Origin: Prevotella sp.
GTDB taxonomy: Bacteria > Bacteroidota > Bacteroidia > Bacteroidales > Bacteroidaceae
NCBI GenBank assembly: GCA_017650905.1
Contig: JAGCDZ010000102.1
Coordinates: forward strand, 9,629-73,628
Length of the DNA: 64,000 nucleotides
Reading direction: 5' to 3'
The notes under the pieces: model-generated
Told to the model about the DNA's origin: nothing
Seen by the model: the letters and a program-made list of their open reading frames with translations, nothing else
The model's database searches: none
In this document: piece after piece, positions 1-9,644 of the stretch
How the letters are laid out: every line of letters begins with the position of its first letter
How positions within the stretch are numbered: position 1 is the stretch's first letter
Program-made: the position numbers and the translations under genes

Positions 1-2683
1 ATGGTATGTCCTCTTTATTGTGGCATCAGCAGTGATGAACGCAACTGCTCAGAATATCGATTTTGACCTCCCTGGCAAGACCGCTCCTGGCAAGGATACG
101 GAAATCAACTATATTTCGTGGGCCGTGCCGCGTGCAAAGAGCGATACGAAGACATTTGACAATGGCATGACCATCAAGATAAGTGCGGGAGGCGCCGCAA
201 AGGATGTGGGCAGCAATTGGAGCAAGACAGATGTGGAGACTACTGGCCTGAGGGTAATCGGCGACGAGGTGTTGGCAACGAACATTGTCAACGGTAACCT
301 GACGGAAATAAAAGATAAGAGTACATCGCTCATATTGACTATAACAGGCATGACCCCCGGTCAGCATACGCTGAAGGCCTACCATAATAATTCAGACAAG
401 AATCAGGTGCAGCCGCTGATAGACATCAGCGTCGACGGTACTACTGTGGCAACTGGACAGAAGTTTACTTCGTCGGCGCAGAGTACCATTGAGGCAGGAT
501 CATCGTTTATCACCTTCAACGTGACGGAAGGTCAGCCAGTGGTGATTACCTATACCACTGTGCTTGAGGATGGTAAAACATATACTAATACGCGTGCGAT
601 GCTGAATGGCTTGGAGTTTGACGTGGCTGAGATGACGGCAACAGATCCCCAGCCCGTCAGCCATGATTTCCATGCGGGTTCGGAAGACGGAACTATCCAG
701 TTCTCGTGGGTGGCTGCACCAGGCAGCGTGAGCCATAAGATGGTGCTCGGCACAGATTCTGCCACAGTGGCTAAGGCAAATGTCTACGAATACGAGGGTA
801 CGGCTGCACAATATACGAAGCACGGACTCTCGTCGATGCAGCGCTATTGGTGGCGCGTGGATGAGGTAGATGCCTCGGGCCATGTCCATAAGGGTAAGGT
901 GTGGACTTTTCAGCCCTGTCAGTTAGCCTTCCCGGAAGCTGAGGGGTATGGTCGCTATGCCATTGGCGGACGAGGGGGCAAAGTGTATCATGTGACGAGT
1001 CTCAGTGGCAGTAAGGAGCCAGGAACCCTGCTCTACGGATTGACGGAGATGAACGAACCCCGCTATATCGTGTTCGACGTGAGTGGTATCATCGAACTTG
1101 ACTTCAACTCGAACTTCATCAAACCCAATGCCACTATTGCCGGACAGACGGCACCAGGCAAGGGTATTTGTATCAAGGCCTCGAACATCAACATCGGCTC
1201 TGACGTCATTTGCCGGCATATCCGCTTTAAGCGCGGCTTGGGCATATATGGCGAGAATACGGGCAATGCGATGGGTATGTCGGGTGCCGACCATGCCATT
1301 GTGGATCACTGCACAGCTGCCTGGGGTACGGACGAGACGGTAAGTGGACGTGGTGCCCAGAATATCTCGTTCCAGTATAGTGTGATTTCCGAGGCACTGG
1401 GTATCACGGGCCATAAGAACTATGCTGACGGTACTAATCACGGCTATGCGGCCACCATCGACGGACGCATCGGTTCGTGGCATCACAACCTGCTGGTGAA
1501 TTGCGAGGGCCGTAACTGGAGCATGGGCGGTGGTATGGATGGACAGAACAGACCCATTGGTGGACTCGATCTGTTTAATAATGTCTGTTACAACTGGCAC
1601 AATCGTACTACCGACGGTAACTGTCACGCTGTGAACTTCGTGAATAACTATTATAAGATGGGCGCAGACACCCGCAAGACCATCCTCTTTACCCAAGACT
1701 TCGAGGATGCCATCGCTCCCGACGGCATAGATCAGGCCTATATCAAGGGGAATATCCGAGAGAACAAGAACCACTCGCTGACCCAGGATGCCCTCAACGA
1801 AACCTATAACGCTACAGGCCATATCCCCACCACCTATCAGTATCGTGTGGATGAGCCCCTGTTCGAGAGTCATGCCACCATCCATACGGCCAAGGATGCC
1901 ATGAAGATTGTGACGAGCTATGCTGGTGCCACCATGCCAATGCGTGATGAGCATCATGTACGTAATGTCCGCGAAACACTTGATGGCACCTATACATACG
2001 TGGGTTCAAAGTCGAAGATCAAGGGTGAGATTGATACGGAGGCAGATATCACCGAGCATGCCGAAGGCAAGGGCTGGGAGGTCTATCCGGAGGAGAAGCG
2101 TGCTGAAGGTTGGGATACCGATCAGGACGGCATGCCCGACTGGTATGAGCGCATCATCGGCAGTGATGCCAACACAGCTAATCAGAACGATGACCCTGAT
2201 GGTGACGGATGGACACTGTTAGAGGATTATCTGGAGCTGATGGCCCATCCTTATATCGTCGTTGAGCCCAACAGTCAAGGCAGCATGGATCTGAAACCCT
2301 ATTTCATTGGCTTCTACGGACAGAACGGCAAGGCGGTGACGCCTACGTACACCTTTGACTATCTGGAGAACCACTTCTCTCCTCATATCGAAGGTTCTAT
2401 CCTAACCGTCAAATCCTTTGATGTTCCTTGCACAGGTTTTTGTGAAGTTACAGTGAGCGATGGTGAGACCATTTTCACCCAGCGCATCGGCGTTATCGTC
2501 ACTGGTGAGCTCACCGCCATTCATGCACCCACGACGGATATCGACAAAATAGAAGCCGTCAAGCGTGAGTTCTTCACATCTGACGGCCGTCAAGTCACTG
2601 CGCTCAAGGCGCATGGGGTGTATGTGATGAAGGTGACTGATAAGCAGGGTATCGTTCACACGGCGAAGATCATCGCCCGATAA
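1..2683 (+). CDS. Secreted pectate lyase-like (PL1-related beta-helix) multidomain protein with T9SS-like C-terminus; 5' partial
   Basis: LAFPEAEGYGRYAIGGRGG, TIAGQTAPGKG and VDHCTAAWGTDE motifs; Ca-binding DxDxDGxPD repeats. The frame is open to the window edge with hydrophobic signal-like WYVLFIVASAV, so the true start is upstream. Confidence 0.8.
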   Translation, partial: WYVLFIVASAVMNATAQNIDFDLPGKTAPGKDTEINYISWAVPRAKSDTKTFDNGMTIKISAGGAAKDVGSNWSKTDVETTGLRVIGDEVLATNIVNGNLTEIKDKSTSLILTITGMTPGQHTLKAYHNNSDKNQVQPLIDISVDGTTVATGQKFTSSAQSTIEAGSSFITFNVTEGQPVVITYTTVLEDGKTYTNTRAMLNGLEFDVAEMTATDPQPVSHDFHAGSEDGTIQFSWVAAPGSVSHKMVLGTDSATVAKANVYEYEGTAAQYTKHGLSSMQRYWWRVDEVDASGHVHKGKVWTFQPCQLAFPEAEGYGRYAIGGRGGKVYHVTSLSGSKEPGTLLYGLTEMNEPRYIVFDVSGIIELDFNSNFIKPNATIAGQTAPGKGICIKASNINIGSDVICRHIRFKRGLGIYGENTGNAMGMSGADHAIVDHCTAAWGTDETVSGRGAQNISFQYSVISEALGITGHKNYADGTNHGYAATIDGRIGSWHHNLLVNCEGRNWSMGGGMDGQNRPIGGLDLFNNVCYNWHNRTTDGNCHAVNFVNNYYKMGADTRKTILFTQDFEDAIAPDGIDQAYIKGNIRENKNHSLTQDALNETYNATGHIPTTYQYRVDEPLFESHATIHTAKDAMKIVTSYAGATMPMRDEHHVRNVRETLDGTYTYVGSKSKIKGEIDTEADITEHAEGKGWEVYPEEKRAEGWDTDQDGMPDWYERIIGSDANTANQNDDPDGDGWTLLEDYLELMAHPYIVVEPNSQGSMDLKPYFIGFYGQNGKAVTPTYTFDYLENHFSPHIEGSILTVKSFDVPCTGFCEVTVSDGETIFTQRIGVIVTGELTAIHAPTTDIDKIEAVKREFFTSDGRQVTALKAHGVYVMKVTDKQGIVHTAKIIAR

Positions 2684-2730
2684 CCTGCGCTTAGCCTATT
2701 TCCTCACCGAAGCCAGTGGGGGTCATCTTC

Positions 2731-3891
2731 TTATTTCGTTTTTAAGTATTTGTCGAAGAAATCGAGTACCCGCTTCTGGGAGTTTTTACCACAACTGTGG
2801 GGCATGTCCCAGAGCTCTGTTTCCAGTTTATCGCCTGCTCCCTGACTCTCCCATGTATCGTGCATGATTCTAAAGGCTTTCTCTACACCAGACACAGGGA
2901 AGAGCTTATCCTGTGAGCCATTGATGAAGAGCATAGGCTTCGGACAGGCGATGCTGGCCACATGGGGATAGTCTAACCATCTGCGAAGCCCTGGGAAACA
3001 GTTGGCAAAGCCACCATTCTCCGTACGACTGTATTTGAACGACAATTGTTCATCGGTAGTCACCATCCAACAGACAGATGCACCAATCTTAATACGGTCG
3101 CTGAGGGCGGAGAGCATCCAGGTGCGATAGGCACCCATCGACCAACCTGTACAGCCAATCCTTGAAGCATCTACCTCGGGCATTGAGGCGAGATACTCCG
3201 TACCGGCGATATCGTCGTAAGTCATATAGGCGCTGAGATCAATGCCGTACATCATCATGTTGCCCGCAATCATGTCGTAACGATCGCGACGAGGACCTTC
3301 CTTCTGACCGCGTTCACCCCACATCGGGGCATCGGCAGAAAACACCACATAGCCATGCTGGGCCAGATAGTCGCCGAAGAACTGTCCCTCGTAGTTTTCT
3401 ACCCATTCGTCTGCATCCTTGATGACCGTAGAGTCCTCACAGGCCAACGGGCGAATCACCTTCTCTTTTCCGATGAAGAGATGTGCCCCATGATCGTGTA
3501 ACGCGTTGATGGCTGGGAACGGTCCTTTTCCATCAGGAATGAGTACATAGGCAGGCACGGTGTAATACCTCGACAGTCTGATTTCAATCTTACGGGCCTT
3601 ATAGCCGTCGCGCTGTTCTTCGAAAAGTACCTTCACATGATATCCTTCTGCAGGTGCAGGTGGTGGTGTGAGCATACAATCGAATATTTTCTGTCGCGCT
3701 ACTTGTTTCCATTCGTCGAAATCCTTGATATCGCTATTTCCCCATGCAAGGGGATAGGTAAGGTCGGCAATCAGTGAGTCAGCATAGACAGGCAGGTTAC
3801 GCATGAATTCGTACTTGTTACGCACCTGTGCCGATGTCGTCAATACGACAAACAGAAAAAACAGGATTATTTGAGATGTCCTTTTAACCAT
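2731..3891 (-). CDS. Alpha/beta hydrolase (dienelactone hydrolase/Abhydrolase_7-like esterase), secreted
   Basis: Signal peptide; LHDHG, nucleophile GWSMG, D..FP and C-terminal His. Confidence 0.8.
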   Translation of the reverse strand: MVKRTSQIILFFLFVVLTTSAQVRNKYEFMRNLPVYADSLIADLTYPLAWGNSDIKDFDEWKQVARQKIFDCMLTPPPAPAEGYHVKVLFEEQRDGYKARKIEIRLSRYYTVPAYVLIPDGKGPFPAINALHDHGAHLFIGKEKVIRPLACEDSTVIKDADEWVENYEGQFFGDYLAQHGYVVFSADAPMWGERGQKEGPRRDRYDMIAGNMMMYGIDLSAYMTYDDIAGTEYLASMPEVDASRIGCTGWSMGAYRTWMLSALSDRIKIGASVCWMVTTDEQLSFKYSRTENGGFANCFPGLRRWLDYPHVASIACPKPMLFINGSQDKLFPVSGVEKAFRIMHDTWESQGAGDKLETELWDMPHSCGKNSQKRVLDFFDKYLKTK

Positions 3892-3898
3892 ATCATTT
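3867..3898. repeat. 32-bp direct repeat, copy 1 (pairs with 6112-6143)
   Basis: TTATTTGAGATGTCCTTTTAACCATATCATTT; 30/32 identical to copy 2. Confidence 0.85.
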
Positions 3899-3910
3899 TA
3901 AGCTATATTT

Positions 3911-6106
3911 TTATTTTTGAGTCTGTTTGGTTCCATTTTTCCGAAGCCATGCCTCATAGATCGGGAAGAGCATGGCCGGACGGCTGTTGTACCAACTATA
4001 GCCATTACGCCGCTCGCTGCCAATCTCCGACAGATGTCGGCGGGGTATGCCGTCGCGGTCACAGACAAATGGTTCGCAGTGCTCCAGGTCGTAGAAACGT
4101 GCCCAGAGGGGTGGGGCATCGGGATCTTCCACTAAGCGGGTGTCGTGGTCAGCACTTCCCCGAGTGCCAATACTCACCACTTTATAACCTCTGATCTGAT
4201 GCTTCTCAAACCAGCGCATGGCAGCATTGACAGCCCGTTTCACGCGATCGTCTGGATGGGGCAGCTCCATGAGCAGTCGGGTGATGGTGGCACTCTCTGC
4301 GGAGCAATAGGAGGGAAGCTCATAGGCTCTTGCCTTGGCGGGCTTCAGCGTCTCGCGGTCGTGCTGCTGGCACCATATGGTCAGTTCGCCGTCGGTCACG
4401 ATCTGTGTGGCGAGGATGCATTCGATGCCTTTGTCGAAAGCTGCCTGCATCCGTTGACGGAGAGACTCGTCGGTCAGGTCGCCCTGATAAGGCTCTTTCT
4501 GCTTTACCATGTCACGCAGCAGGGTCATGGTGTTCACCATGGCATCGTCGTTATAGGTGATGTGTATCTGATAGTCTCGCATCTCGGGCCAGAACTGTGG
4601 CCATCCGCCATTCTCATATTGTCCGCTGAGCAAGTATTCCACACCCCGACGGAATCCATCGCGATAGCGTTCATCCTTTGTCTGTTGGTACAGACGGGCC
4701 AGGAAGAGCATTTGTGTCGTAGTGGCCCCGTTGTCGGTGGTCGAATCGTCGCGCCGCTGTTTGTCTGCCTGTATAAGTGTACGTTCTTTCTCACTCAGGG
4801 CTTTGGCCATGTCGATGTTCTTCGGCCATCCGCCGGTTTCCCTTTGGTAGAGCAGAATCTGGTCACCGATACGCTTGGCTTCATCTGACTTAAAGAATCT
4901 TGGAGATGTCTCACGCATCATGTTTCTGGATGAAGGCTTTACCAGTAATGTCAGCGGAACGATGCTGCATTCTACATCTTCTTTGTTGGTGGAGTAGCTA
5001 ATGTAGAGCTTGTCGTGCCATATGGTAGCTTTAGGATAGCTGTATCCCAAAGTCTTGTAACGCCCCTCGTATCGGCGAGGAGGCAGGTCGCTGGCTGAAC
5101 CGCTCCGAAGGAGGATGGCCCTGTCAAACTTTCTGCCGTCTTGGCTGATCTGCAGGACCAGAGGCCATCGTCTTTTACCATTGGCAGGACAACTGACCAT
5201 AAAGGCGGTACTGTTAGGTAAATTGCCTGCACATTGTTTGGTACGACCATCAGGGAAATTTGTCAGGACAGGGTTCGTCCAAGTTTCTCCCCGGTCGGTA
5301 CTGATGGCAGCCAGCTTATGAAAACTGCTGGTCTGATCGCGGAACAGCATGACGATTGTCCCGTCGGGTTGAAGATATTGGCTGGGCTCTATCTCTCGCG
5401 ATGATTTACCGCAGTCAATGGCCTCGAAGATACCTTTCTTCCAACCGCTGATTCCTCTCGGATCGTCTGTGTATACAGGACAGATATGAAGTCCGGGCAT
5501 GAAATGCGAGGCTCCTACGAGTCGTCCGCCGGGCAGGGTATAGGGGTCTTGTTCCAGAACACCCTCCATTGCCTTTCCGTCGGACATCCTCACCGGTTGC
5601 ATCGGGCTCCAGCTTTGTCCATCTATGCTTGTCGTGTAGTTTGTTTTTCCGCCTCGTGGCTCCAGTCCCTTCTGCCAAATGTCGATGAAGGCCGTCAAGG
5701 TGTCACCTCGTACCAGCCATCCGCCTGATGTGCAATAGTAGTCTTTTGAGGGCACAGCCAGTGCCTGGGGTATGCTCCAGGTCTCACCATCGTCGGCACT
5801 TACGCTATAGGCCACCCACGTATCGTCGCTGTCTTCATCTTTTGGAGAGCTCTGCCACATACAATATAGGTTTCCCTTGAATGCAGTCATCACGACACCG
5901 TTGGCATAATGGTCTGTATGCTCGTCAGCTTTAAAGATGGTTACTGTCCTGATGCCAGCGGTCGGTGTGAGTCCAGCCGTTTCATAGTTAGTGGTATCAA
6001 TCACCCCATCTGTCAGGAAGGGGATATGTTGATCTGTGTCTGCCGATGCAGACAATGTCAGCATGCTGAGGATAATGATGAACAGCAGTACTGTTTTATT
6101 CCTCAT
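3911..6106 (-). CDS. Fusion: BNR/Asp-box (sialidase-like) beta-propeller + PL10 (PelA-type) pectate lyase
   Basis: Asp boxes SADDGETW, SIDGQSW, STDRGETW; PL10 motifs GGWPKN, TTDNGAT, NGGWPQFWP, ITYNDDAM, WCQQHD, ARAYELPS, ERRNGYSWY. Start placed at ATG 6106 (MRNKTVLL, signal peptide). Confidence 0.85.
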   Translation of the reverse strand: MRNKTVLLFIIILSMLTLSASADTDQHIPFLTDGVIDTTNYETAGLTPTAGIRTVTIFKADEHTDHYANGVVMTAFKGNLYCMWQSSPKDEDSDDTWVAYSVSADDGETWSIPQALAVPSKDYYCTSGGWLVRGDTLTAFIDIWQKGLEPRGGKTNYTTSIDGQSWSPMQPVRMSDGKAMEGVLEQDPYTLPGGRLVGASHFMPGLHICPVYTDDPRGISGWKKGIFEAIDCGKSSREIEPSQYLQPDGTIVMLFRDQTSSFHKLAAISTDRGETWTNPVLTNFPDGRTKQCAGNLPNSTAFMVSCPANGKRRWPLVLQISQDGRKFDRAILLRSGSASDLPPRRYEGRYKTLGYSYPKATIWHDKLYISYSTNKEDVECSIVPLTLLVKPSSRNMMRETSPRFFKSDEAKRIGDQILLYQRETGGWPKNIDMAKALSEKERTLIQADKQRRDDSTTDNGATTTQMLFLARLYQQTKDERYRDGFRRGVEYLLSGQYENGGWPQFWPEMRDYQIHITYNDDAMVNTMTLLRDMVKQKEPYQGDLTDESLRQRMQAAFDKGIECILATQIVTDGELTIWCQQHDRETLKPAKARAYELPSYCSAESATITRLLMELPHPDDRVKRAVNAAMRWFEKHQIRGYKVVSIGTRGSADHDTRLVEDPDAPPLWARFYDLEHCEPFVCDRDGIPRRHLSEIGSERRNGYSWYNSRPAMLFPIYEAWLRKNGTKQTQK

Positions 6107-6111
6107 CTGAT

Positions 6112-6143
6112 TTATTTGAGATGTTCTTTTATCCATATCATTT
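6112..6143. repeat. 32-bp direct repeat, copy 2 (3' end of the CE7 gene)
   Basis: TTATTTGAGATGTTCTTTTATCCATATCATTT. Confidence 0.85.
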
Positions 6144-7446
6144 GTCCATAATTAGTTGCCTCAGAGGTCCAATGCTCGTTGATGGGCGTGATTAATGATT
6201 CCTTTGGTGCGGTGATGAGATTCCAGACAATGTAACTTGTCGTGGGCGGACAGACATTATCGTTATAGCCCCAGGTCATATAGACGGGACAGGTGATGCG
6301 ACGGGCAAAGTTCACCACATCGTAATAGGCCATCGTCTTAACTTTCTCGGGAGTGAACATGTTGTTCAGACGGTTGAAATGGGGGTAACCGCCAGCACGA
6401 TGGTCGAGATAACCTGCCATATCGGCGAGGGCTGGGTGATTGGCCACGCATGCTGTTACACGATGGTCAAGGCCTGCGGTGATTAGTGAGAGAGCACCGC
6501 CTTGACTGCCACCCTGTACAAAGACATTCCTGCCATCCCAATCCGGGAGTGAGCAGAGATAGTCGAGGGCACGGACACAGGCTACATATACGTGCTTCAT
6601 GTAATAGTTATCGCGGTTGTCGAGGCCATTGGTGAGATAGCCGTTCTCATAGTCGAAGGCCGATGTGATCTCCTTAAACTGTTCCTCGGTCATCTCAGGA
6701 TTCAGCCCATGTATCTCCATCTCCAACCGGATGAAACCATTCTTGGCATAGAAGGTGTTGCGCATTGGCTCCTTGATGGTCTTGATGCCGGCACCAGGGG
6801 GACAGAGTACGACTGGGTATTTTCCTGTTGTCTTTGGCTTTGTCAGGTAGCCATAAACAGCATGGCGACTGTCAATCTTCAACTTTAGCAGATAGCAGTC
6901 GAACTCATCAGTCGTATATTTGTCCACTTTTTCACATTTCACGACTAATTTATCACTATTTACTGCCTTACGGGCAGTTTCGAGATTTGCCTTCCAGAAG
7001 GTGTCGAAATCTGACGGGTTTTGAGTATAAGGCTTCAGCTGCTCGGGCGAGAACCCCACCTTGACATGGTGCTGGCTCTTTTTGTCGCCAATGACGGCCG
7101 ATAGTCGCAGATCGAGGAATCCAGGCTGCTTCATCGTTCCCATATCAATAATTGCCCTACCATTCTTTAACTGCACCTTGCCATTGGCAGTAGCTGGCAT
7201 CATATCAGGCCCGATTTCATAACTGATCTCAACATCTTGAGGTATGCCATAGAGATAAAGGCCCACCTCAACTTTTGTCTTCTCGCCGATTCGGTATAAC
7301 CAGTCGGCATGGTCAGGTACTGTTAGCCACAAATAGTCGCTCCGATAGGGATAGTTTTCTGCTATGGAAGATATCAACGAAAAGTAGCATGTGACAAGCA
7401 GTATTGTCACTCTCTTTGTCCATTTGAAATCGATTGTCATTATCAT
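6112..7446 (-). CDS. Acetyl xylan esterase, CE7 family
   Basis: GGSQGG nucleophile, DNVCPP, C-terminal His; PSDFDTFW motif. Confidence 0.88.
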   Translation of the reverse strand: MIMTIDFKWTKRVTILLVTCYFSLISSIAENYPYRSDYLWLTVPDHADWLYRIGEKTKVEVGLYLYGIPQDVEISYEIGPDMMPATANGKVQLKNGRAIIDMGTMKQPGFLDLRLSAVIGDKKSQHHVKVGFSPEQLKPYTQNPSDFDTFWKANLETARKAVNSDKLVVKCEKVDKYTTDEFDCYLLKLKIDSRHAVYGYLTKPKTTGKYPVVLCPPGAGIKTIKEPMRNTFYAKNGFIRLEMEIHGLNPEMTEEQFKEITSAFDYENGYLTNGLDNRDNYYMKHVYVACVRALDYLCSLPDWDGRNVFVQGGSQGGALSLITAGLDHRVTACVANHPALADMAGYLDHRAGGYPHFNRLNNMFTPEKVKTMAYYDVVNFARRITCPVYMTWGYNDNVCPPTTSYIVWNLITAPKESLITPINEHWTSEATNYGQMIWIKEHLK

Positions 7447-7484
7447 TATTTTCTTAGTAGTTTGATAATAAAGGAACGATGCTA

Positions 7485-7492
7485 CAAAGGTA
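7485..7492 (-). promoter_or_regulatory. Bacteroidota sigma-A -7 box (TACCTTTG) for the CE7-PL10-hydrolase unit
   Basis: Matches TAnnTTTG about 40 bp upstream of the ATG. Confidence 0.6.
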
Positions 7493-7534
7493 CTAAATAT
7501 AAAAGATAAAGGTGCACTTTCGACTCTAATAATT

Positions 7535-7552
7535 TGCGTAAACGTTTGCGTA
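7535..7552. promoter_or_regulatory. Putative transcription-factor operator (CGTAAACGTTTGCG, LacI-like palindrome)
   Basis: Near-palindrome with an AAACGTTT core; CGTAAACGTT recurs at 14619 at the same offset from a -7 box. Confidence 0.5.
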
Positions 7553-7675
7553 GATGATGCATGCGCTGTTAAAGCGTAGTCTATCTTTTTGGGGCGAGGT
7601 ATATTATCTATGTTGCAAAGATACGCATGATTTGTTTCATCTGGTCTGGTAGGCCTCTAAAAACTCGCTAAAATA

Positions 7676-7706
7676 TTTGTGATATCAGTAGAAATGCGTA
7701 ATTTTG
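7676..7706 (+). promoter_or_regulatory. Sigma-A promoter for the SGNH gene (TTTG 7676-7679, TAATTTTG 7699-7706)
   Basis: Consensus -33/-7 boxes with a 19-bp spacer. Confidence 0.65.
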
Positions 7707-7737
7707 CCGTCAAATCAAATAAACAATTAAGATTAAA

Positions 7738-9612
7738 ATGAAGAAAACAGCATTATTATTGTTAGGCTTGCTCACGGCAGGCGTTGCTTTGGCCGACAAA
7801 CATTGGGTAGGCACATGGGGTACAGCCCCACAATTAGTGGAATCGCATAATAACCCTCCATCGCCAGGTTTGGGCAACAATTCACTCCGCCAGATTGTAC
7901 AGGTGTCGATAGGTGGTGAGAAGGTGCGCCTGAAACTGACCAACGAGTTCAGTACGGGTGCCACGGAGATCAAGGCTGTGGAGCTGGCTTTAGCCAAGAC
8001 GGCTGGTAGCAGCAGTGAGATTGATGAGGCCTCGACCGTCAGTCTGACCTTCAACGGGAAGGCTGGTGTGACGATGCCTGCCAAGGGTACGGCAGTGTCG
8101 GATCCCGTCAATTTCAAGATCGGTGACCGTCAGAACGTGGCAATCACAATTCATTATGGCTCGGCTTCATCGACGAGTGTGAGCGGACATCCCGGCTCGC
8201 GAACCACATCATATCTGAAGGCCGGCAATACCACCGATTTCAGTGGTGCAGTCACCACCGACCACTGGTATAATATCCTGACTTTGGAGGTGGAGGCTCC
8301 CGAAAAGGCTGGGGCAGTGGCAATCTTAGGCAACTCGATTACCGACGGACGCGGCTCGACAACCAATCAGCAGAACCGCTGGGCTGATGTGCTCTCACGC
8401 CGACTATTGGACAATGAACCGACCAAGCAGGTGGGTGTGCTGAATATGGGTATCGGTGGCAACTGCGTATTAGGCGGCGGCTTAGGTCCTGCTGCAGTGA
8501 ACCGCTATCCGAGAGATTTGTTTGGTCAGGAAGGCGTGAAGTGGATTATTCTCTTTGAGGCTGTCAATGACCTGGGCGGGTCGCGTAATGGTACTCAGAC
8601 GGCTAAGAGTATCATCGAAGTATATAAGCAGATTATTCGTGAGGCGCACCAGAAGGGCATCTATGTATTTGGTGCTACCATTACTCCGTTTAAAGGAAAT
8701 AACTATTACTCTGTAGACCACGAGAACGGACGCAGTGCCCTGAATAAATGGATTCGTACCACGAAGATGCTCGATGGCGTAATCGACTTCGACAAGGCTG
8801 TGCGTAATCCTCAGGACACCATCGCCATGCAGTCGCAATTCCTGTTTGAGAACGATTGGCTGCACTTGAATGCCAAGGGATATGAGACAATGGGCGGTTG
8901 TATCGACCTGAACCTCTTTACCAAGACCGACCCATTGGCCGCTGATGATGAAGAGGATGAGGCCTATGGCGATGCCTTTTGGATCGAGGCTGAGGATATG
9001 CGCAGCAGCACAGTAGGCACAGGCTTTCAACTGGTGTCGGACGGTGCGGCCTCAGGGGGAAAGTATATGAAGACGGTGCAGCAATTTGCGAATCCTGCTC
9101 CTGCCGACAGTGCCTATATGCTGACTACTGCCTTTATGGCCAAAACAGCAGGCACCTATTATGTTTATGCGCGGGTATTGTGTCCGACTTGGGATGATGA
9201 CAGTTATTGGGTGAGCATCGACAGACCGTTGAACGATTATTTCGCCAACGGTCTGCAAACTGACTCGTGGAGCTGGAAGGAACTTTATAATGGCAATCTT
9301 TCAGCAGGTCAGCATCAACTGACCATTGCCGGTCGTGAGGATGGTGCCTGCATCGATAAAATCTGCATCACGATGAATTCTGAGGCACCTGCCGGCATGG
9401 GAGGATCAACAACGGCTATCAGTCATTTGTTTTCAACGGGGCGTTCTATTGCCTCGGTCGATATCTATACTTTGAATGGGATTCGGATGCGCTCGACCTC
9501 TGGTCGTTTGTTGTCGGAGGAAAATATGAAGACACCGGGTGCAGGGCCCTATATTGAAGTCAGTCGCGGAAACAACGGAACCGTACTTTCGCGTAAGGTG
9601 ATACTGAGATAA
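7738..9612 (+). CDS. SGNH/GDSL esterase with C-terminal CBM-like domain and T9SS-like tail
   Basis: GNSIT, NMGIGGN, EAVND and DWLH blocks; FWIEAED...ASGGKY jelly-roll module. Confidence 0.85.
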   Translation: MKKTALLLLGLLTAGVALADKHWVGTWGTAPQLVESHNNPPSPGLGNNSLRQIVQVSIGGEKVRLKLTNEFSTGATEIKAVELALAKTAGSSSEIDEASTVSLTFNGKAGVTMPAKGTAVSDPVNFKIGDRQNVAITIHYGSASSTSVSGHPGSRTTSYLKAGNTTDFSGAVTTDHWYNILTLEVEAPEKAGAVAILGNSITDGRGSTTNQQNRWADVLSRRLLDNEPTKQVGVLNMGIGGNCVLGGGLGPAAVNRYPRDLFGQEGVKWIILFEAVNDLGGSRNGTQTAKSIIEVYKQIIREAHQKGIYVFGATITPFKGNNYYSVDHENGRSALNKWIRTTKMLDGVIDFDKAVRNPQDTIAMQSQFLFENDWLHLNAKGYETMGGCIDLNLFTKTDPLAADDEEDEAYGDAFWIEAEDMRSSTVGTGFQLVSDGAASGGKYMKTVQQFANPAPADSAYMLTTAFMAKTAGTYYVYARVLCPTWDDDSYWVSIDRPLNDYFANGLQTDSWSWKELYNGNLSAGQHQLTIAGREDGACIDKICITMNSEAPAGMGGSTTAISHLFSTGRSIASVDIYTLNGIRMRSTSGRLLSEENMKTPGAGPYIEVSRGNNGTVLSRKVILR

Positions 9613-9644
9613 ACATACAGAATCGGTCAGGTCGGTTTGCGCAG

